Source of the DNA: Thermomicrobiales bacterium
Lineage (GTDB): Bacteria > Chloroflexota > Chloroflexia > Thermomicrobiales > UBA6265
Direction of reading: 5' to 3'
NCBI GenBank assembly: GCA_047605145.1
Contig: JASGGF010000002.1
Coordinates: 1 to 44,442 of the forward strand
DNA: 44,442 nucleotides
The position numbers were made by a program, and so were the translations under genes. Shown here in pieces: positions 1 to 7,537 of the stretch; the stretch's first letter is position 1; every line of letters begins with the position of its first letter. A model generated the notes under the pieces. It was not told the DNA's origin, did not search any database, and saw nothing but the letters and a program-made list of their open reading frames with translations.

Positions 1-207
1 GGGCTTCCGCCGTGGGAATTGCCCGAAATCGCGGCGATCTCGGGCGACACAGCGGAAGCACTGGCCGACGCGGTCCTGCACGCCGCCATCGAGCGCGATG
101 CCGGCAAACCGAACGATGATATGAGCGTCGTGGCGCTGATCCTGCGGGAACAGAATTCGGAGCCCGTGCTGATCCGCCGCATGAGCGCGGAGGTCCCCAT
201 CAGTTAG
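1..207 (+). CDS. 3' end of a PPM/SpoIIE-type (PP2C-like) serine phosphatase; the 5' part lies upstream of the window
   Basis: The frame is open from nt 1. The C-terminal GKPNDDMSVVALIL resembles the terminal metal-binding DD(I/M)(T/S)-hydrophobic strand of SpoIIE/RsbU-family phosphatases. Only about 68 aa are visible. Confidence 0.45.
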   Translation, partial: GLPPWELPEIAAISGDTAEALADAVLHAAIERDAGKPNDDMSVVALILREQNSEPVLIRRMSAEVPIS

Positions 208-216
208 GAACGCCCC

Positions 217-594
217 ATGCCTTCGCGACGCCATGACGACAACGCAACGCCCCGTATCGTGGTGGTCGGCACGTGCGCGTCGGGGAAATCCACGCTGGTC
301 ACCGCGCTCCGCTCCCATGGTTACGATGCGCATTCGGCGGCGCAGGAACACAGCGCCGTGGCGCGGCTGTGGCAGCGCAGCTCACCAGACGTCCTGATCG
401 CCCTCGTGGCCAGCATCGACGCCGTCCGGGCCCGGCGCGGGGAAACGTGGCCCGAGTGGCTGCACACCGCCCAGCGCGAACGCCTCCAGACCGCCGAGAA
501 CGAAGCGGACCTCGTCATCGATACCTCCGGCAGGTCGGCCGAGGAGGTCCAGCAAATCGCCGTTGCGTTCCTAGAGACCCGGGCTGCGAGTTAG
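217..594 (+). CDS. small P-loop NTPase / nucleotide-kinase-like protein (125 aa), function unknown
   Basis: Walker A in RIVVVGTCASGKSTLV. Possible Walker B strand DVLIALV. ATG lies 9 nt after the phosphatase stop. No specific family recognised. Confidence 0.55.
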   Translation: MPSRRHDDNATPRIVVVGTCASGKSTLVTALRSHGYDAHSAAQEHSAVARLWQRSSPDVLIALVASIDAVRARRGETWPEWLHTAQRERLQTAENEADLVIDTSGRSAEEVQQIAVAFLETRAAS

Positions 595-1250
595 TTCGAC
601 GCGAACCGCCGCTCAGGGTGCGCCGGCATTGCGCCCGCTATCCCGGCGCTCAGCAGCAGCGCGAGGTCGCGCCGCAGTCCGTCTTCCACCATGCCCAGCA
701 TGTGCCCCGCTTCTTTTGAGGCCAACAGTTCCTGCTTCTCGCGCAACGCGAACGGGAACAACGACGCCACGGTGTACGCCATGGCCACCGGTTCCTCCGG
801 CAAAACCGGGTTCGGAATCTCGCGCTGCATCGCGGCCGCGAACGCGGCAACGTATCTGGCGACCAACGCCCGGACGCGCCGGGCCGGCTCATCGAGCGTC
901 TCTGGATTCCCCTCCGGGTTGTCGAGCCAGACTACCGAAGCCACCAGACATTCATCTTCCCATTCAGCGTCCAAAACCTGAAACCGGCGCGAGCCGGAGA
1001 CGATCAAGTTGCTGCGGCCGTCGGGCAGGCGGGCGATTTCTACGAGCGAGGCCGATGTGCCAACGTCGTGCACCTCCGGTTGATCACCCACCTCCCGGCC
1101 CGACCGCGTCAGCACGACCCCAAATATCGGATCAACGGCCTCCCGCTGATCGACTAACGTCCGATAGCGTTGCTCGAAGATGTGCAACGGCAGCAACGCG
1201 CCGGGAAAGAGCACCGTCCCCAGCGGAAACAGCGGCAATCGCTCAGCCAA
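591..1250 (-). CDS. Lon N-terminal (substrate-binding) domain-only protein
   Basis: The N-terminus LPLFPLGTVLFPGALLPLHIFEQRYRTLV is the hallmark opening of Lon N-domain proteins. TTG start at 1250 with GGGAG 8 nt upstream. No AAA+ or protease part in the 219 aa. Confidence 0.75.
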   Translation of the reverse strand: MAERLPLFPLGTVLFPGALLPLHIFEQRYRTLVDQREAVDPIFGVVLTRSGREVGDQPEVHDVGTSASLVEIARLPDGRSNLIVSGSRRFQVLDAEWEDECLVASVVWLDNPEGNPETLDEPARRVRALVARYVAAFAAAMQREIPNPVLPEEPVAMAYTVASLFPFALREKQELLASKEAGHMLGMVEDGLRRDLALLLSAGIAGAMPAHPERRFASN

Positions 1251-1267
1251 TGGTCATGCTCCCGCGC

Positions 1268-1285
1268 GCAGCGCACGTGCGCTGC
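1268..1285. promoter_or_regulatory. perfect 18-nt palindrome GCAGCGCACGTGCGCTGC in the divergent Lon-N / SBP intergenic region (operator or 5'-UTR hairpin)
   Basis: Seen directly in the sequence. It abuts the Lon-N gene SD (GGGAG, 1259..1263 on the minus strand) and lies 12 nt upstream of the putative -35 of the SBP gene. Confidence 0.3.
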
Positions 1286-1296
1286 AGCGCGCGAAT

Positions 1297-1326
1297 TTGG
1301 ACGTCATGCCGGGACAGGGCTATCAT
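1297..1326 (+). promoter_or_regulatory. candidate promoter of the SBP gene (TTGGAC-18 nt-TATCAT) positioned for a leaderless transcript
   Basis: TTGGAC at 1297..1302, 18-nt spacer, TATCAT at 1321..1326. The ATG at 1334 lies 7 nt after the -10, with no SD. Confidence 0.35.
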
Positions 1327-1333
1327 CGCGACC

Positions 1334-3013
1334 ATGAGCAACCTTCCTCACTTGCACCGCCGTCTACTGTTGCGCGTTCTTGCGGGTCTGACGGCTGTGG
1401 GCTTCGTTGAACCACTGAAGCTCCGCGTCCGCGCGCAGGATGCCACGCCAAGCGCTGATGGATCCGTGGTCATTCACGCCAACCGCGTACCACGCGCCTC
1501 GACGCCGTCCGGGGAGCAGCTCCTGCGCCTCGCCGGCGGATCGATTGACCCCGCGCCGCTCGATCCAGCGTTCGCCCGGGATGTCAATTCGAGCTTCATG
1601 TCGCGGCAGGTGTTCCGCGGCCTGACCCGGTTCGATGACGATCTCCTGCCCGTGCCAGAACTCGCGGAGACCATCGAGATCTCGCCCGATGGCCGCACCT
1701 ATCGCTTCACGCTGAGCGAAGACGCCCGCTTTGCCGACGGCCGCCAGATCACGGCCGACGATGTCGTGTTTTCGCTCACGCGCGCAATGGACCCGCAAAC
1801 AGCTGCGGACGCCGGGATTGCGCTGGCGGGACCGTCGTATCTCAACGACATCGCCGGCGCTCCAGCGTTCATTGCCGGGGAAGCCGATTCCGTTCCGGGA
1901 CTGCGCGCTATTGATGACCAGACCATCGAGATCGAGTTGGACGAGCCCCGAGCCACCTTTCTCATGAAGCTGGCGTCCGCGCCCGGTTCGGTGGTCGATC
2001 CCAATGACGTAGCCAAGGGCGGTGAGTGGTGGCGGAATCCCAACGCGTCCGGGCCGTTCATCATCGGATCTTGGGAACCCGGCGTAGAACTTCGCATGGG
2101 CCGTAACGAGAACTTCGTCGAGGGGCCACCCGATCTCGAAACCGTCTCCTTCCGTCTGGGACCCAGTAGCGCAAACCCGTTCAACCTGTATCAAGCGGAT
2201 GAGATCGACACGACTACCGTGCCATTTTCCGCCATTGAACGCGTCTCTGATCCCAGCAGTCCTCTGTTGACGGAACTTTCTTCGACGCCGATATTCTCAA
2301 CGCAGTACATCGCCTTCCGCACCGACGTGGCGCCGATGGACGATCCCGAGATCAGGCGAGCCGTGGATCTGGCGTTCCCCCGCTGGAAGGTCGCCGAGAT
2401 CATGCTCAACGGGCAGCAGGCGGTTGCCCACGGGATGACGCCGCCCGGCATGCTTGGCCGCGACTGGCCGGCCAGCGCGCCGGAGCCGGACCTCGATGCG
2501 GCGCGAGAGGCAATTGCCCGCTCCAGCTACGGCAGCGCCGAGAACGTGCCCACGCTCCGCATCTACGGCGCGACGCCCTTTGCGTCCGAGGCGCTGCGCG
2601 ATGTCCTCCATGGCGAGCTCGGCCTCGATATCGAGGTGCTGGATGTCCATTGGCCGCAATTCAACGCGGGGCTGGCCTCGCGGGCGTTTCCGGCCTTTGA
2701 GCTGACGTGGGTAGCCGATTTCCCCGATCCGGAGACGTTTCTCTGGAACCTGTTTGCGACCGACTCCCCGGACAATTACTCGGACTACAGTAACCCCGAG
2801 TACGACGCTCTGCTGGCGCAGGCCGCCGACACCCTCGACACCGATGACCGCGCGGCGCTTTACGAAGCCGCCGAGGCGATCCTGCTGCAGGACAACGCGG
2901 TGATCCCAATTGCCCACGACATCCGGTTCACCCTGACCAAGCCAGCGGTGCATGGCCTCACCGTGACCCCGCTGGGCCTGATTTACCTCGACAATGCGTG
3001 GCTGGAGCACTAG
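1334..3013 (+). CDS. ABC transporter substrate-binding protein, family 5 (peptide/nickel type)
   Basis: ATG at 1334 is in frame with ORF 629..3013, and the upstream part of that ORF is antisense to the Lon-N gene. It has an N-terminal signal-like HRRLLLRVLAGLTAVGF. The body shows typical family-5 blocks (FADGRQITADDVVFSL, LRMGRNENF, YSNPEYDALL). No permease or ATPase genes are adjacent. Confidence 0.85.
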   Translation: MSNLPHLHRRLLLRVLAGLTAVGFVEPLKLRVRAQDATPSADGSVVIHANRVPRASTPSGEQLLRLAGGSIDPAPLDPAFARDVNSSFMSRQVFRGLTRFDDDLLPVPELAETIEISPDGRTYRFTLSEDARFADGRQITADDVVFSLTRAMDPQTAADAGIALAGPSYLNDIAGAPAFIAGEADSVPGLRAIDDQTIEIELDEPRATFLMKLASAPGSVVDPNDVAKGGEWWRNPNASGPFIIGSWEPGVELRMGRNENFVEGPPDLETVSFRLGPSSANPFNLYQADEIDTTTVPFSAIERVSDPSSPLLTELSSTPIFSTQYIAFRTDVAPMDDPEIRRAVDLAFPRWKVAEIMLNGQQAVAHGMTPPGMLGRDWPASAPEPDLDAAREAIARSSYGSAENVPTLRIYGATPFASEALRDVLHGELGLDIEVLDVHWPQFNAGLASRAFPAFELTWVADFPDPETFLWNLFATDSPDNYSDYSNPEYDALLAQAADTLDTDDRAALYEAAEAILLQDNAVIPIAHDIRFTLTKPAVHGLTVTPLGLIYLDNAWLEH

Positions 3014-3883
3014 GTGGCGAGTACGAGCGCTCCGGTTCGCAGGCCGGCCGCAACAGCCACCAAACTCACCGAGGCGGATGTTCCGACGTTACGCTTGCCC
3101 GGCCGCCGCAACAACGAGGTGATGCGCGACACGCTGCGCGACCACCCGGGCCGCTCAACGTGGATGCCTGGCACCCTCGAATACTTGCTCATCGGCAGCT
3201 GGCGGAATCGGCCGGAGATTTCGAGCATCGAGGACGTCAACGCAGTGCGCCACCTCGAGCCGCTGGTTCAGCGCGCCATTGCGCAATGCCATGACTGTGG
3301 TGACGATCTGCTCGTCGCGCTGGAGCTGGAGTCTCATCGGGGCAAGTCCCGTTTCGAGCGCGCCGGCCTCGCTCCGCTGGAAGAGGTCATTACGTACGAG
3401 ATCGAGCCGGGACGCGTCCTCCGCACTCCGGCCCGAATGGTCAGCGTTGAGCACGTTTACGCCGAAGACCTGCACTGGATGCCATCGCTGATCCGGTTGG
3501 ATAACGCAGCGTTTCCGTGGCTGTGGCGCAACACCCGCGCCGAGTTTCTCGAATACCTCACCACGCCGGGCGTCTCCCTGCTGGCGCTGCATGACAGCGG
3601 TCAGCTCCTCGCCTACATCGGGGTGACGGCCTTCGACGGCTGGGGCCACGTGGACCGCGTCGCGGTCTCGCCGGAACTACAGGGCCACGGGTACGGCGCC
3701 GCCGCCGTCCTGAATGGTCTGGAGTTACTGCGCCGCTCCGGCGCGCGACGGGTGGGACTCAGCACGCAGCGCACCAACGTTCGCTCGCAGCGGCTGTACG
3801 AGCGCATGGGCTTTGAGCGCACCCCCGACCTCGACTACTACCTGTATGGCGCGTGGACTGCCACGCTGCCGGCGACGCGCTGA
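3014..3883 (+). CDS. GNAT family N-acetyltransferase with an extended N-terminal region
   Basis: The C-terminal half carries the acetyl-CoA motif A (VAVSPELQGHGYGAAAV ... RLYERMGFE). GTG at 3014 directly follows the upstream stop. The true start is uncertain and could be the internal M at residue 37. Confidence 0.7.
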   Translation: MASTSAPVRRPAATATKLTEADVPTLRLPGRRNNEVMRDTLRDHPGRSTWMPGTLEYLLIGSWRNRPEISSIEDVNAVRHLEPLVQRAIAQCHDCGDDLLVALELESHRGKSRFERAGLAPLEEVITYEIEPGRVLRTPARMVSVEHVYAEDLHWMPSLIRLDNAAFPWLWRNTRAEFLEYLTTPGVSLLALHDSGQLLAYIGVTAFDGWGHVDRVAVSPELQGHGYGAAAVLNGLELLRRSGARRVGLSTQRTNVRSQRLYERMGFERTPDLDYYLYGAWTATLPATR

Positions 3884-3915
3884 CCCCGCAATCCGGGAAG
3901 GATCGTTTTCGCGAC

Positions 3916-4980
3916 ATGGGCAGTTCATTTGGCAAGATCTTTCGCCTGACGACGTGGGGCGAGTCACACGGGCCGGCGCTGGGCGTGGTCATCGAGGGGG
4001 CTCCGGCGGGCCTCGCCATCGATGTCGCTATGATTCAGGCCGAACTGGACCGCCGCCGGGTGGGTCAGAGCAAGGTCACTACGCCGCGCGGTGAGAAAGA
4101 TCAGGCGGAAATCCTCTCCGGCGTGTTCGAGGGCGTGACGACCGGCGCCCCCATCTCCATCATCACGTACAACAAGGACGCCGATTCCTCGAAGTACGAC
4201 AACTTGCGAGACGTGTTCCGGCCCGGGCACGCTGACTACACCTACTGGGTGAAATACGGCCACCGCGATCACCGGGGCGGCGGCCGATCTTCGGCCCGCG
4301 AAACGTGGGGCCGGGTCGCTGCGGGCGCCATCGCCAAGCAGATCCTCGCCTCGGTGGGCGCCGAAGTCTATGGTTACGCCCGCGAAATCGGCGGCATCAC
4401 GATGCAGACGTTCGACCGCAACGAAATAGAGCAGAACATCGTGCGTTGTCCGGACCCCGTGGCCGCCGCCGCCATGGTCGATGCGATCATGTCGGCGAAG
4501 GCGGAGTTTGACAGCCTCGGCGGCGTGGTCGAAGTGCGGGCGGTCAATGTCCCGCCCGGGCTCGGCGAACCGACCTTCGACCGGTTGGACGCGCTGATCG
4601 CGCAGGCAATGCTCTCCATTCCGGCCACCAAGGGCGTCGAAATTGGCGAGGGCTTCGCCACCACCCGCTCGCGCGGGTCCGCCAACAACGACGCGTTCTA
4701 CGCTGAAAATGGTCGCGTGCGCACCAGCACCAACCACGCCGGCGGCACGCTGGGCGGCATCTCGTCCGGCGAGGATATCGTGGCCCGCGTCGCCATCAAG
4801 CCGACCTCATCGGTCGCGCGCGAGCAGCAGACGGTGGACATCAACCTCGAACCGCGCACCATTCTGGTGGAGGGCCGGCACGACCCTTCGGTAGTGCCCC
4901 GGGCGGTGCCAGTCGTGGAGGCCATGATGGCCATCGTGCTGGCGGACCTGCTGCTCCAGAACCGCGCCGCCCGCATTTGA
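3916..4980 (+). CDS. aroC: chorismate synthase
   Basis: FGKIFRLTTWGESHGPALGVVIEGAPAGL, GHADYTYWVKYG, RSSARETWGRVAAGA and GGISSGEDI are classic AroC blocks. ATG at 3916 is in frame with ORF 3853..4980. Confidence 0.95.
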   Translation: MGSSFGKIFRLTTWGESHGPALGVVIEGAPAGLAIDVAMIQAELDRRRVGQSKVTTPRGEKDQAEILSGVFEGVTTGAPISIITYNKDADSSKYDNLRDVFRPGHADYTYWVKYGHRDHRGGGRSSARETWGRVAAGAIAKQILASVGAEVYGYAREIGGITMQTFDRNEIEQNIVRCPDPVAAAAMVDAIMSAKAEFDSLGGVVEVRAVNVPPGLGEPTFDRLDALIAQAMLSIPATKGVEIGEGFATTRSRGSANNDAFYAENGRVRTSTNHAGGTLGGISSGEDIVARVAIKPTSSVAREQQTVDINLEPRTILVEGRHDPSVVPRAVPVVEAMMAIVLADLLLQNRAARI

Positions 4981-4994
4981 CGCTCAACGCACAA

Positions 4995-5023
4995 GACTCG
5001 CCGCGGGCGTCCCACGGCGAGTC
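4995..5023. terminator. GC-rich hairpin between convergent aroC and methyltransferase genes (candidate bidirectional terminator)
   Basis: Perfect 9-bp stem GACTCGCCG / CGGCGAGTC with an 11-nt loop. No flanking U-tract. Confidence 0.35.
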
Positions 5024-5038
5024 CTGCGCGGCATGAAG

Positions 5039-5812
5039 TCAGTGGCGGTCACCCTTGCGCGCGACAACCAGCAGCCGGTCGCTCAGATCGGAGAGCGGTG
5101 ACCCGTCGTAGGATCCAGCGAGATCCCAGTCCGCAAACCCCGCCAGCTCCAGCATCAGCTCAGTTTCAGAGGCGGTGAGCCAGCGCATCGTGAACGCGCT
5201 GCGCTCCCGGCGGAGGCTGCCATCGACCCCCGTTTGGTCGTACCAGAGGTCGGTCTCGATCACCTGCGAGGTCCAGTCCACGCCGCGTGCCGAGAACTTG
5301 GCGACTGATGAGCGGTCGTCGCGTTCCACCGACCACTCGTGCATCACCCGGCCGTCAAACGCGTCGAGCGCATCCGGCACCGCGTGGAGAACGTCGACGG
5401 CAAGCAGCCCGCCCGGCCGCAGCACATCGTGGACTTGCTGCAGCACCTCCCGTTGTTCAGCCGCCGTTTCCACGTGCAGCAGGCCATTGAGCGAGACGAT
5501 CGCCAGATCGAAGGGCCCCGGTGTGAGGTCTGTCAGGTCGGTCATCGCCCCCTCGATCAGGCGCGCGCGCCCGGCGCGAATTGGCGCGGCGAGCCGGAGT
5601 CGCGCCCGATCCAGCATCGCGGCGGACAGGTCGACACCCGTTACTGTGGCGCCAGCCTCGATCAGCGGCGCCAGCACGCGGCCGCTCCCGCAGCCCAGTT
5701 CGAGCACGCGAGGGCCAGCCAGCGAAACGAGCTGCGCATACCAGTCAAGGTCATCCGAGAACTCGTCATGCTCAAGGTCATACAGCGCGGCAATGGATTC
5801 GTATGGGTCCAC
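5039..5812 (-). CDS. class I SAM-dependent methyltransferase
   Basis: SAM-binding motif I VLELGCGSGRVLAPL followed by VTGVDLS. GTG at 5812 is preceded by GAGGAGG 4 nt upstream. The longer ORF reaching 5935 would run through the smpB promoter and start. Confidence 0.8.
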   Translation of the reverse strand: MDPYESIAALYDLEHDEFSDDLDWYAQLVSLAGPRVLELGCGSGRVLAPLIEAGATVTGVDLSAAMLDRARLRLAAPIRAGRARLIEGAMTDLTDLTPGPFDLAIVSLNGLLHVETAAEQREVLQQVHDVLRPGGLLAVDVLHAVPDALDAFDGRVMHEWSVERDDRSSVAKFSARGVDWTSQVIETDLWYDQTGVDGSLRRERSAFTMRWLTASETELMLELAGFADWDLAGSYDGSPLSDLSDRLLVVARKGDRH

Positions 5813-5860
5813 CGAACCTCCTCGGCCGAACGGGCGTAGCGCTTCATTTCGCGCGCGCGA

Positions 5861-5889
5861 TTGACGCGCACATCGCCAATTCCTATAGT
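5861..5889 (+). promoter_or_regulatory. near-consensus sigma70-type promoter of smpB (TTGACG-17 nt-TATAGT)
   Basis: TTGACG at 5861..5866, an exact 17-nt spacer, TATAGT at 5884..5889. The ATG codons at 5893 and 5896 lie 3 and 6 nt downstream, and no Shine-Dalgarno fits in between. Confidence 0.55.
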
Positions 5890-5892
5890 GCC

Positions 5893-6393
5893 ATGATGGC
5901 AGCGAAGAACACTTCTCCAACCCAACCCGGCGCAACGCGACGTGGGAATCGCGTCGTCACGAGCAATCGTCGCGCCTTCCATGATTTTCACATTCTGGAG
6001 CAGATCGAGGCCGGGATCGTGCTCACCGGCACCGAAATCAAATCGATTCGCGAGGGCCGCGCCACCATCGGTGAAGCGTACGCGCGAATCGAGAACGACG
6101 AGTTGTGGCTGATCGGCTCGAACGTCACGCCTTACTCGCACGGCAACCGCGCTAATCACCAGCCGGATCGCCCCCGCAAGCTTCTGGTGCACCGCCGCCA
6201 GATCCGCGAACTGCGCGAGGCCATTGAGCAAAAGGGTCTCACCCTTGTGCCGCTGCGCCTTCACCTGAAAGAGGGCCGCGCCAAACTGGATATCGGCGTG
6301 GCGCGCGGCAAGAAGCTGTTCGACAAGCGCGCCAGCGAGGCTGACCGCCAGTCTCGCCGGGACATGGACCGCGCCCTGCGAGATCGCGGGTAG
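5893..6393 (+). CDS. smpB: SsrA(tmRNA)-binding protein SmpB
   Basis: NRRAFHDFHILEQIEAGIVLTGTEIKSIREGRA ... LLVHRRQIREL ... GLTLVPLRLHLKEGRAKLDIGVARGKK is a textbook SmpB sequence. The start is one of the tandem ATGs at 5893/5896, and the promoter position favours 5896. Confidence 0.93.
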   Translation: MMAAKNTSPTQPGATRRGNRVVTSNRRAFHDFHILEQIEAGIVLTGTEIKSIREGRATIGEAYARIENDELWLIGSNVTPYSHGNRANHQPDRPRKLLVHRRQIRELREAIEQKGLTLVPLRLHLKEGRAKLDIGVARGKKLFDKRASEADRQSRRDMDRALRDRG

Positions 6394-6404
6394 AAAGCAG
6401 ACGC

Positions 6405-6701
6405 ATGATCCGGCACGTGGTGCTGATCCAGCCGAACTCACAGGCCACTGACGATGCGCTCCAGTCGCTGGGGGAGCAGATCGAGCGGTTGGCCGGCAGG
6501 ATGTGCGGCGATGGCGCCTATGTCATCGGCCCCAACACCACCGAGGAGCCGCTCGCTCAGGGGTACCTCTTCGGGTTCACCATGGATTTCCCGGACCGAC
6601 AGGCGCTCGCCACGTATCACGCCGACCCCGAGCACGCTGAAGTCGCCAGCTCAATCAAGGCGCTCGCCGCCAGCGTGCTGGTCTTTGACTTCAACGTGTA
6701 G
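6405..6701 (+). CDS. Dabb (stress-responsive alpha/beta barrel) domain protein
   Basis: 98 aa. MIRHVVLIQP ... FGFTMDFPDRQALATYHADPEHAEV fits the Dabb family pattern. It starts 11 nt after the smpB stop. Confidence 0.75.
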   Translation: MIRHVVLIQPNSQATDDALQSLGEQIERLAGRMCGDGAYVIGPNTTEEPLAQGYLFGFTMDFPDRQALATYHADPEHAEVASSIKALAASVLVFDFNV

Positions 6702-6717
6702 GCAAGACGTCAGCCGG

Positions 6718-7260
6718 TCAGCGGTTGCTGCGCAGGATTGCCGCCACGATCAGGCCGGCAATTCCGGCGGCCAGCACCATCGAAAGCGGCAATAGCGCAG
6801 CTGTCGGCGGCGGCGCCACGCGCATCTCGCTCCCGCGCATGATCGCGCGGCCAATGCCCACGATGAGGTGAACCGGCAGGTAGATCGCCGGCGCCATCAG
6901 TGCCCAGCCTCCCGTGCGGTCGCCACCCAACCCCACGATCAGCGCGCCCGCCAACGCGAAGCTGGCAATGGCTATTGGGAACTCGCCCGGCCGAACTACG
7001 GCTCCGAGCAGCCCGCCGGCGATAAGCGCCACTCCCCACGCCAGCGCAGGCCGCTGGGGCCGGGGCAGCGAAAGCGCCAGCAGCACGCCAGACCCGATCC
7101 ACACGATGGCGCCGACCCCGTTCAGCGCCCGCGCTGCGCTGCCGCCCAGAACAATGGCGAGCGCCACGATCAGGCCGGCCACCACCAGCCCAATGCCGCC
7201 TATCTGCCACCGACGAAGACCCGATCCTGTCCTACCCACTGCCAATGCCACGGCGAACAC
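6718..7260 (-). CDS. polytopic integral membrane protein, function unknown
   Basis: 180 aa, almost entirely hydrophobic G/A/L/I/V-rich segments consistent with about 5-6 TM helices. No family recognised. The alternative-frame ORFs here are Arg/Pro-rich shadows. Confidence 0.5.
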   Translation of the reverse strand: MFAVALAVGRTGSGLRRWQIGGIGLVVAGLIVALAIVLGGSAARALNGVGAIVWIGSGVLLALSLPRPQRPALAWGVALIAGGLLGAVVRPGEFPIAIASFALAGALIVGLGGDRTGGWALMAPAIYLPVHLIVGIGRAIMRGSEMRVAPPPTAALLPLSMVLAAGIAGLIVAAILRSNR

Positions 7261-7338
7261 CTCCTCTGGCTACCCTAGCCGCCGGTCAGCCATGCCGTCA
7301 ACGCATCCCAGCGGCTATACTCGGTTGCCGGAAGACAC

Positions 7339-7414
7339 GCCCTCGTAGCTCAACGGATAGAGTGTCTGGCTTCGAACCAGAAGGTTGGGGGTTCGATTCC
7401 CTCCGAGGGTACCA
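7339..7414 (+). tRNA. tRNA-Arg (anticodon UCG), CCA encoded
   Basis: Hand-folded 76-nt cloverleaf. Acceptor GCCCTCG/CGAGGGT (G1-U72 wobble), D arm GCTC-AACGGATA-GAGT, anticodon stem TCTGG/CCAGA with loop CTTCGAA (UCG), 5-nt variable loop, T arm GGGGG-TTCGATT-CCCTC, then ACCA. A TATACT hexamer sits at 7316..7321. Confidence 0.85.
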
Positions 7415-7537
7415 ACGGCGCCTCGCGCTATCTTCATGCATTCAGTTTCCACCACTCACCCAGAGGCATTTCGTCCGCGCCCGTGCGGTGGCTCGGGTAC
7501 AGTATTTGCGCGTGGATTGCGGCAGGCCGGAGGGCAC

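Noticed and set aside
629-3013. 794-aa ORF suggesting a much longer solute-binding protein
   Set aside because: The first 235 codons are Arg/Pro/Ala/Ser-rich and lie antisense to the well-supported Lon-N gene. The recognisable SBP begins at the ATG at 1334, which has a signal peptide.
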